Shown in pieces: positions 1-7,388 of a stretch of 64,000 nt of DNA. Below the pieces are notes generated by a model, which was not told the DNA's origin, ran no database searches, and saw only the letters and a program-made list of their open reading frames with translations. This DNA comes from Sandaracinaceae bacterium (GTDB lineage Bacteria; Myxococcota_A; Polyangia; Polyangiales; Sandaracinaceae). A program made the position numbers and the translations under genes. The stretch covers positions 64,001 to 128,000 of the forward strand of contig JBGAQA010000002.1 in assembly GCA_044220955.1 (NCBI GenBank), read 5' to 3'. The first letter of the stretch is position 1. Each line of letters opens with the position of its first letter.

Positions 1-2
1 AG

Positions 3-56
3 AAGCCCGAGAAGCCGGCCGCCTCCGAGGCGAGCGAGCCGGCGCCCGCGGAGTGA
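3..56 (+). CDS. 3' end of an upstream gene (KPEKPAASEASEPAPAE*), possibly a nitric oxide reductase subunit
   Basis: Open frame from the window edge to TGA at 54-56, just before norQ; identity inferred only from context. Confidence 0.4.
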   Translation, partial: KPEKPAASEASEPAPAE

Positions 57-61
57 CGGCG

Positions 62-853
62 ATGGACGGCCTGCATCCCTCCCCCGCGCCCTACTACCGG
101 AGCGTCGGTCGCGAGCGAGAGGTGCTCCGGCGCGCCGTGGACGCGCACCTGCCGGTGCTGCTCAAGGGACCGACCGGGTGCGGCAAGTCGCGGCTCGTCG
201 AGGCGATCGCGCACGAGCTCGGTCGCCCCCTGGTGACGGTCGCTTGCAACGACGAGACGAGCTCGGCCGACCTGCTCGGGCGCTGGCTCGTGCGGGGCGG
301 CGAGACGGTCTGGCAGGACGGACCGGTCACCCGCGCCGTGCGCGCGGGCGCGATCCTCTACCTCGACGAGGTCGCGGAGGCGCGCGAGGACGTCATCGTC
401 GTGCTGCATCCGCTGGCCGACCACCGGCGCGAGCTCTTCGTCGACCGCCACGACGAAGCGCTGAAGGCGGCGCCCGGCTTCGCGCTGGTGGCGAGCTTCA
501 ACCCCGGCTATCGCCGCGGGCCCAAGGATCTCAAGCCCAGCACGCGGCAGCGCTTCGTCGCGATCGGCATGAGCTACCCCGAGGCCGAGATCGAGACCGA
601 GATCGTGGCGAGAGAGGCGGGTGTCGAGGCGAGCGTCGCCAAGCGCCTGGTCGCGCTGGCCAACAAGGTCCGGGCCCTGCACGAGGCGGGGCTGGCCGAG
701 ACCGCGTCCACCCGTCTGCTCGTCGCGGCGGCGCGCCTGATCCACGCCGGCGTGGCGCCGCGGACGGCCTGTCGCGTGGCGATCGCCGAGCCGCTCACGG
801 ACGACGAGACGACGCTCCGCGCGCTCGGGGACCTGGCGGATCTCGCGTTCTGA
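62..853 (+). CDS. norQ: CbbQ/NirQ/NorQ family AAA+ ATPase (NO reductase activation)
   Basis: GPTGCGKS Walker A, WQDGPVTRAVR, YLDE Walker B, NPGY..DLKPSTRQRF, STRLL; followed by a vWA partner. Start ATG 62 (alternative GTG 53). Confidence 0.9.
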   Translation: MDGLHPSPAPYYRSVGREREVLRRAVDAHLPVLLKGPTGCGKSRLVEAIAHELGRPLVTVACNDETSSADLLGRWLVRGGETVWQDGPVTRAVRAGAILYLDEVAEAREDVIVVLHPLADHRRELFVDRHDEALKAAPGFALVASFNPGYRRGPKDLKPSTRQRFVAIGMSYPEAEIETEIVAREAGVEASVAKRLVALANKVRALHEAGLAETASTRLLVAAARLIHAGVAPRTACRVAIAEPLTDDETTLRALGDLADLAF

Positions 854-869
854 TGGGCCGGGGGCTCCG

Positions 870-2741
870 ATGAGCTGGGACGAGAAGCTCTTCGGCTGGG
901 CGTGGCGACGCGGCCGAGAGCTGCTCGCGCCGCGAGAGTCGCCCGAGGTGCTCGCGCGGCGCGCCACGCTCGCACCGCTCGTCGATCGTCTGCGCGCCGT
1001 GGCGATCGCGACCGCGGGGCGAGCGCTGACGATCCGAGAAGCGGAGGCCGAGGGCGGCGTCGGTCCCGGCGTCGTCTTGCTCCCCGGGCACCTCGACTTC
1101 GCCGGCACGCGCGAGGACAACGAGCGAGCGTACCTGCTGCGGGCGGTGCTCGCGGCGAGCGTCCTCGGCCTCGAGCTCGTCCCGCGCGAGCCCTTGAGCG
1201 ACGCGGAGAGGGTGCTCGCGACGGCGATGGCGTTCGCGGCGGCGCGGGTCCGCGTGCAGGCGGAGCTCCCCGGTGCGACGGAGGATCTCGCGCGGCTCTC
1301 GGACGTGGCGCTACGTGCCCGGCCGCCGGGCCGGGGCTCGCTCGATCTGGTGCTGCGGGCGATGGTCGCCGGCACGCTCGAGGAGGAGCCCCCTCGAGAC
1401 GCGGACGGGCTGGTCGCACGCGCGCGCAGCCTGGCGCCGGCGCACCACGGCAGTCCGATGCCGGCGCCCTTCCCTCTCTGGGGCTGGCTCGCGCCGCGCG
1501 AGGCGGCGACGCTCCTCTCGGGAGACGGACACGACCCGAAGAACCTTCCCCGCGGGACCGAGATCAGCGCGAAGCGCCGCGACCGCGTCCGGCAGAAGCA
1601 GCTCGACCCTCGCCCGCAGGCGGACAACCCGCTCGTCCACTCGTTCGAGAAGCTGCACACCCTCGAGGAGCACGCGGGGGGCAAGAAGCAGCTCGACGGG
1701 TCCGACGAGATCGAGGCCCACGCCGAGGCGCTGAAGGAGCTCGACCTGCGCGAGGTGGTCCGCTCGGACGAGCAGACGAGCTCGCTGATGCGGGTCGACG
1801 CGATGTTCGAGAGCGGCGGCGGCGAGCTCGCCGGTGAGGCGGTCGACGGCATCCCCTACGACGAGTGGAACGAGCCTGCGCGCGTGTTCCGCCCCGGCTG
1901 GTGCCGCGTCCGGGTCGCGCCGGTGGTCGAGAAGACGAGCGCGCGGGCCGCCGAGACGGAGGTCGGACGCCAGGCGCTCGCCGCCCGGCCGCGCATCGAC
2001 GCCGTGAGGGCCGAGCTCGCCCGGCTCGAGCTCGCCCGCCGGCCGCGCGCGCGTCAGCTCGACGGACCGGACGTCGACGACGACGCGATGGTCGATCGCC
2101 ACGCCGCGCTGGCCGCGCGCGCGACTCCGCCCGATCGCCTCTACCGGTCGCTGCGGCGGCACAGCCCCGATCTCGCCGTCCTGCTCCTCGTCGACGCGAG
2201 CCTGTCCACGGACGGGTGGATCGAAGGGCAGCGGGTGCTCGACGTCGAGCGCGACGCGACGCTGGTGCTCGCCGAGGCGCTCTCGGGGCGCGTCGACGAG
2301 CTCGGGATCGCCGCGTTCTCCAGCCACACGCGCGCCGACTGCCGCTTCATCGTGGTGAAGGGGATGCGCGAGGAGTGGACGCGCGCGCGCCACCGCCTCG
2401 CGAGCCTCGAGCCTGCCGGATACACGCGCATCGGCCCGGCGCTGCGACACGGCACGACGGTCCTCGAGCGCTGCGCCGCGCGACGTCGCCTCTTGCTCCT
2501 GGTCACGGACGGCAAGCCGAACGACTTCGACCGCTACGAGGGGCGCTACGGGATCGCCGACGTCGCCCACGCCGTGCTCGAGGCCGACGGGCGTGGCGTG
2601 CACGTGCATGCGCTGGCGATGGACCGGGAGGCACGGCACCACCTACCGCGCATGTTCCGCGCCGGCGGCTTCTCGCTGCTCCGTGGCCCGGCCGAGCTCG
2701 CGCGCTCGATGGGCGACGTGGTCGCGCGCATGCAGCGCTGA
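870..2741 (+). CDS. norD: NorD-like vWA-domain activation protein
   Basis: YDEWN, LLVDASLST MIDAS, GYTRIGPALRH, TDGKPNDFDRYEGRYGIAD; adjacent to norQ. Confidence 0.9.
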   Translation: MSWDEKLFGWAWRRGRELLAPRESPEVLARRATLAPLVDRLRAVAIATAGRALTIREAEAEGGVGPGVVLLPGHLDFAGTREDNERAYLLRAVLAASVLGLELVPREPLSDAERVLATAMAFAAARVRVQAELPGATEDLARLSDVALRARPPGRGSLDLVLRAMVAGTLEEEPPRDADGLVARARSLAPAHHGSPMPAPFPLWGWLAPREAATLLSGDGHDPKNLPRGTEISAKRRDRVRQKQLDPRPQADNPLVHSFEKLHTLEEHAGGKKQLDGSDEIEAHAEALKELDLREVVRSDEQTSSLMRVDAMFESGGGELAGEAVDGIPYDEWNEPARVFRPGWCRVRVAPVVEKTSARAAETEVGRQALAARPRIDAVRAELARLELARRPRARQLDGPDVDDDAMVDRHAALAARATPPDRLYRSLRRHSPDLAVLLLVDASLSTDGWIEGQRVLDVERDATLVLAEALSGRVDELGIAAFSSHTRADCRFIVVKGMREEWTRARHRLASLEPAGYTRIGPALRHGTTVLERCAARRRLLLLVTDGKPNDFDRYEGRYGIADVAHAVLEADGRGVHVHALAMDREARHHLPRMFRAGGFSLLRGPAELARSMGDVVARMQR

Positions 2742-2771
2742 GCCGAGCGCCCGACGTGCGACGATGCGCCC

Positions 2772-3587
2772 GTGTCCCGCGACGAGCGCATCGGCCCGAC
2801 CGCCCACTACACCGCCTACGCATGGCATCGCCTCGGACTGCCCTACGCGGAGCACTTCGCGACGCCGCGCGGCCGCCGCCTGTACTGGCTCTTCCGCGGC
2901 GCGGGCGAGTGGGTCGCGGCGGCCTCCGGGCGCTCGCCCCTGCTCGTCGACGTGCTGGCCTACCGCCACCGCACGATCGACGCCGAGATCGCGCGCGCGC
3001 GGCCAGACGTCGTGGTCGAGATCGGCGCCGGTCTCTCACCTCGGGGCGTGTGGTCGGTGTGCGACGCGGGCGTGGAGAGATACGTCGAGGTGGATCTGCC
3101 CCACATGGTCGAGGCCAAGCGCGCCCGGCTGGCGACGCTGCCGGACGAGGCGCGACGGCGCTGCGAGGCCCGGCTCGCGCTCGAGGCGCGGGACGTCCTC
3201 TCGGACGGGTTCGGCGCCTGGCTCGCGGGTCGGCTCGCCGGCGCCCGCCGCGCGCTCGTGAACGCCGAGGGCGTGCTCGGCTACTTCGACGTGGGCGAGC
3301 GCGAGACGATCGTGCGCGGCGTGGCGCGCGGGCTCCGCGCGGCACACGAAGGCACGTTCCTCTGCGACCTGCGCGACCGCGAGCGCGCGGTCCAGAGCGG
3401 CTTCGCGGTGTCCGTCCTCCGCGGCGCGGTGCAGGTCGTGACGCGCGGGCGCGGTCTGCGCGAGGACTTCGCCGACGCGGGCGCGGTCGCGTCGTTCTTC
3501 GCAGGCTGTGGACTCCACGCTTCGCCCGTAGAGACGCCCGGAGAGCGCCCGATGCCCACACGGATCTGGCGCGCGGCTCCGGCCTGA
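2772..3587 (+). CDS. Class I SAM-dependent methyltransferase (LCM/TcmP-like)
   Basis: VVEIGAGLSPRG, VEVDLP, AEGVLGYF motifs. Confidence 0.75.
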   Translation: MSRDERIGPTAHYTAYAWHRLGLPYAEHFATPRGRRLYWLFRGAGEWVAAASGRSPLLVDVLAYRHRTIDAEIARARPDVVVEIGAGLSPRGVWSVCDAGVERYVEVDLPHMVEAKRARLATLPDEARRRCEARLALEARDVLSDGFGAWLAGRLAGARRALVNAEGVLGYFDVGERETIVRGVARGLRAAHEGTFLCDLRDRERAVQSGFAVSVLRGAVQVVTRGRGLREDFADAGAVASFFAGCGLHASPVETPGERPMPTRIWRAAPA

Positions 3588-3711
3588 TCGGCGTCGAGCG
3601 CGTCACGGCGAACGGCCCGGGCGCGTGGGCGCTCGCCCGGGGCAACGTGGGAGGACGGAAGCGAGCCCCAGGGAGCGCGTTTCCTGCTACTGATCGGCGC
3701 TCCCCTCCCCG

Positions 3712-4626
3712 ATGACCGAAGTGAGCGAGCCCTCCCCAGCCGCACGCGCGCCGCTCAAGCCCGTCGTGCTCGTCACCGGCAAGGGTGGCGTGGGCAAGAC
3801 CACGGTCGCCGCGGGCCTCGCGGAGGCAGCGCGACGGCGCGATGGACAGGCGATGCTCATCGAGTTCGGCGACGGCGAGTCGGGCCGACGCGTGCTCGGC
3901 CGCGGCACCAAGGTCGTCCACCGCGTCGTCGACCCGAAGGTCGCGATGGAGCAGGCCGTCGCCGATCTGCTGGGCTCGACGCTGCTCGCCAAGGTCTTCC
4001 TCGGCAACTTCGCGGTCCGACCCATGCTGCGTGCGGCACCGGCCATCCGCGAGCTCGCGATGCTCGAGCGGGTGCGCGCCTACGCGGACGAGATGCCGCC
4101 CGGCACGCGCGTCGTCGTGGACATGCCGGCGACGGGCCACGGCCTGACGTGGATGCGCCTCCCCGTGCAGATGCGCGACATGTTCGCGTCCGGACCCATC
4201 CACGACCTGGCCGTGCGCGTGATCGACCGCATCAGCTCGCCCGCGCGCTGCTCCGTCGTCGTCGTGACCCTCCCCGAGCGGCTCGTGCTCACCGAGACGG
4301 TCGAGCTCTGTCACGCGCTCGACCACGACGTGTTGCTGCCGCCCGCACGCCTGGTGGTGAACCGCCTCCCGGCCGAGATGACGTCCGCCGCGTTCGACGA
4401 GGCGCGAGCGCTGATCGCGCGGGGTGGGCCCGAGGCGCCGGCCGCCCGGGAGCTGCTCCGCGTGATCGAGGCGCGAGCGGAGGCTCGCAGGGACGCGCTC
4501 GACATCCTCGCGAAGGCCACGCGGCGCGGCGCCGTGCACGGGGCTCCGGTGCTCTACGGCGAGCTGCTCGAGGACCCCAAGGCCGACGACGTCGCGACCT
4601 TCCTCGAGCAAGAGGGCGCCTCGTGA
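3712..4626 (+). CDS. ArsA/Get3-family ATPase, subunit A (BagA-like)
   Basis: TGKGGVGKTT deviant Walker A, VVDMPATGH switch II, VTLPE, VVNR. Confidence 0.85.
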   Translation: MTEVSEPSPAARAPLKPVVLVTGKGGVGKTTVAAGLAEAARRRDGQAMLIEFGDGESGRRVLGRGTKVVHRVVDPKVAMEQAVADLLGSTLLAKVFLGNFAVRPMLRAAPAIRELAMLERVRAYADEMPPGTRVVVDMPATGHGLTWMRLPVQMRDMFASGPIHDLAVRVIDRISSPARCSVVVVTLPERLVLTETVELCHALDHDVLLPPARLVVNRLPAEMTSAAFDEARALIARGGPEAPAARELLRVIEARAEARRDALDILAKATRRGAVHGAPVLYGELLEDPKADDVATFLEQEGAS

Positions 4627-5726
4627 AGCAGCCCACGACCATCGTCTGTGCGGGCGGCGGCGGCGTCGGCAAGACGACCACCGCGGCCGCCCTCGCGCTG
4701 GCGCTGGCGCGCACGGGGAAGACGACCCTGGTAGTCACGGTCGATCCCGCGCGCCGCCTCGCACACGCGATGGGCGTCGAGATCGACGAGCACGTCCAGG
4801 CGGCGCACGTCGAGCCCGGCGTCGAGGGCAAGCTCTTCGCGCTGATGCCGGAGCCGCGGCGCTCGACGCCCACCTTCGCGTCGATCCTCTACGAGGGGCG
4901 CCCGGAGGATCTCGCGCGCGTGATGAAGAACCCGGTGTACCGGACCATGGCCGACGCCGCGGCGGGCATGCACGAGATCGTGTCGCTCATCCTGGTCGCC
5001 AAGGCCGTCGAGGAGCGTGACTACGACTACCTGGTCATCGACACCGCTCCGTCACGCAACGCGCTCGACTTCGTGAGCTACCCGGGCCGGCTCGCCGTGC
5101 TCTTCGAGGGCCGGGCGGTCGCGTGGCTCGGACAGCTCGCGCAGCGGGTGAACTCGCCGGAGGGCGCGCAAGAGAAGCGCGGCGGCCTCTTCGCCGGGGC
5201 ACAGGAGCGCGTCGAGAACCTCTTCTCCCGCATCCTGAACGCGCGCTTCCTGAAAGACCTCGCGCAGCTCTTCGCGGATCTGACGCTGGTGAAGGACCGA
5301 TTCGCGCGCTTCGCGCGGACCGCCGAGAGCTTGCTGATCGGCGAGCGAGCGCGCTACGTGCTGGTCGCCGCCCCGACGGGCTCGGCCCAGGCCGACGCGG
5401 TGTTCCTGAGCAAGCGCCTCGGGCGGCTCCAGCAGACGGCTCGCGCCGCGGTGCTCAACCGCGCCGACGAGGCCCCGCCCGGCTGGGTCGAGGTGCTGAA
5501 GAGAGCGGCACCGGGCTGGCCCGCGCTGGGGATCGCGATCCAGCAGGTCGAGGTCGAGCTCGCGAGCCGCAAGCGCGCGGGCGACCGCCTCGCCGCCGCG
5601 CTGACCAAGGATCTGAAGGGCGTGCCGCAGCTGCGCCTGCCGACCATCGAGGCCGCCGACCCCGCGGTCGTGGTGCGCGAGCTCGCGACCCAGCTCGGCC
5701 CGAGCCTGAAGAAGCTCGGCGCGTAG
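4623..5726 (+). CDS. ArsA/Get3-family ATPase, subunit B (BagB-like)
   Basis: GTGA overlap with the previous gene; CAGGGGVGKTT, TVDPARRLA, IDTAPSRNALDF. Confidence 0.85.
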   Translation: MKQPTTIVCAGGGGVGKTTTAAALALALARTGKTTLVVTVDPARRLAHAMGVEIDEHVQAAHVEPGVEGKLFALMPEPRRSTPTFASILYEGRPEDLARVMKNPVYRTMADAAAGMHEIVSLILVAKAVEERDYDYLVIDTAPSRNALDFVSYPGRLAVLFEGRAVAWLGQLAQRVNSPEGAQEKRGGLFAGAQERVENLFSRILNARFLKDLAQLFADLTLVKDRFARFARTAESLLIGERARYVLVAAPTGSAQADAVFLSKRLGRLQQTARAAVLNRADEAPPGWVEVLKRAAPGWPALGIAIQQVEVELASRKRAGDRLAAALTKDLKGVPQLRLPTIEAADPAVVVRELATQLGPSLKKLGA

Positions 5727-5766
5727 CCGGACACGATGCTGGGGCGCGTCCGCGCGCCGGCCAGAG

Positions 5767-6390
5767 TCAGAGACCGATCTCGAGCGTGGCGCGGAACCTC
5801 CGCGCGCGCCGCCGGATGCGCGTGAGCTCGGCACGCTCGAAGAAGGGCGTGACCGTTCCGTCGCGCTGGTAGCTCATCACGTCGTTGGGCGTGTCCGAGT
5901 GCGGGTTGCCGAAGAAGTGCCCGAGCTCGTGGGCGAGGACGTCGGGTCCGGCGATGCTCGAGACGACCACGAAGTGCGCCCCCGGCATCCCCACCGGACG
6001 CCAGTGCACACCGCGACGCAGCTGGGTGGGGTCGTCCACGTCGCGGAGCGAGAGCACGACGAACACGTTCACGTGCGACGCCGACATCTCGGCTCCGAGC
6101 GCGTGCCGGTCTGCGCGCGTCTCGAGCTGCGCGAAGCGGGCGTCGAGGGCGCGCCGGGAGCGCTCCTCGAACGACACGCCCGCGGGCGCGAAGATCGCGT
6201 TCGCCTGTGCGATCTCGGCGGTGATCCACGCGTCGTCCACGACGGGCGCGCCCGTCTGGCCCACGGCGACGGCGAGGGCCAGCGGGAACGTGGGCAGCGG
6301 CGCCTGCTGCGCGCGCGCTGCCGTCGCGACGAGCAGGGCGAGCGCCGCCGCCGTCAGGGCCGGGCCGTGACCTCGATCGTCGTGTGGCAC
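5767..6390 (-). CDS. Secreted metzincin-type zinc metalloprotease
   Basis: Signal-like ALALLVATAARA; HELGHFFGNPH (HExxHxxGxxH) and DVMSY Met-turn; start uncertain. Confidence 0.75.
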   Translation of the reverse strand: MPHDDRGHGPALTAAALALLVATAARAQQAPLPTFPLALAVAVGQTGAPVVDDAWITAEIAQANAIFAPAGVSFEERSRRALDARFAQLETRADRHALGAEMSASHVNVFVVLSLRDVDDPTQLRRGVHWRPVGMPGAHFVVVSSIAGPDVLAHELGHFFGNPHSDTPNDVMSYQRDGTVTPFFERAELTRIRRRARRFRATLEIGL

Positions 6391-7388
6391 GCGGCCGTTC
6401 CGAGGTGTCCGTCCCGCACGACGAGCCACAGATCGTAGGTGCCGGGCTCGCGTGGCACGTCCCAGGTGTTGTCCCGGAGCGTCGCGTCCACCGCCGAGGG
6501 CGGCGCGCCGTGCGCGGGGCCCTGCGTGGTCTCGGTATGGAGGACCGAGTGGCGGCCGTGCGCGTCGGTGAAGAACGCGGTCGAGTACCACGAGTAGTAC
6601 GCGCCCTCGAAGCCCGTCCGAACCGCACCGGAGAAGTCGTAGATCGGGAACGACTCCTCCCACGTGTCGGGGTCGTCGGCCGGCGACAGGATCACCGGAG
6701 TGAGCGCGCCCTCGGCGGGGCTCGCGACGAAGCTCGCAGGTGCGCTGAACCACGGCACGCACTCGGTCGAGCCGGCGGGGTCGATCGCGCCGAAGTAGGG
6801 CGTGCCGTCGATCGTGAAGTAGACGTAGGGCGGGTTCGTCGTCGGCCGCGGGCGCGTCGTGATGCCCACGAGCTTCGTCGCCGAGACGAGCACGGCCTCG
6901 GTGCCCTCCGGGTTGGTCACCGAGAGGTGCACCTCCGCCCGGATGGGCAGCCCCGCCGTCGCGAGGATGTTCAGGAGCAGCCGCGGATCGAGCTCGACGC
7001 CCGGCGGCGGGCGCTCGACGAGCGTGAGCAGCTGCTGCGTGAAGGCCCCGGGGAGTAGACCGGTGTCGCTCGTGGTCGGGTCCGTCCAGGGCGTGCAGAA
7101 CCCTTCGGTTGCCGACATGCCGCCGGTGCCGTTGGAGCCACCGGAGCCGAGGAAGGTGCTCGCGTCGAGGCACGCCCGGAAGGCGTAGTGCAGCTCGCGG
7201 TGCATCGGGTCGTAGGCGAGCACGCGCAGGCGAACGTCCTGCCCCGGGGCAGCCTCCGGATGATCGGCGACGATCGCGAGGATGCGCGGCGTCTGCACGA
7301 GCGTCGGCTCGTCGAGGTTGAAGTTGCACCCCACCAGCAGCGCCGCGAGCGCGAGCAGCATCCCCCGATGGCGTCGCGCGCGCTTCAT
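6354..7388 (-). CDS. Lipoprotein associated with the TonB-dependent receptor
   Basis: MKRARRHRGMLLALAALLVGC lipobox; ATGA overlap with the receptor stop; C-terminal WLVVRDGHLG. Confidence 0.75.
   Translation of the reverse strand: MKRARRHRGMLLALAALLVGCNFNLDEPTLVQTPRILAIVADHPEAAPGQDVRLRVLAYDPMHRELHYAFRACLDASTFLGSGGSNGTGGMSATEGFCTPWTDPTTSDTGLLPGAFTQQLLTLVERPPPGVELDPRLLLNILATAGLPIRAEVHLSVTNPEGTEAVLVSATKLVGITTRPRPTTNPPYVYFTIDGTPYFGAIDPAGSTECVPWFSAPASFVASPAEGALTPVILSPADDPDTWEESFPIYDFSGAVRTGFEGAYYSWYSTAFFTDAHGRHSVLHTETTQGPAHGAPPSAVDATLRDNTWDVPREPGTYDLWLVVRDGHLGTAACHTTIEVTARP

Noticed and set aside
3712..5726. Arsenic resistance operon
   Set aside because: No arsB/acr3, arsC, arsR or arsD, and the motifs fit the BagA/BagB-like pair.
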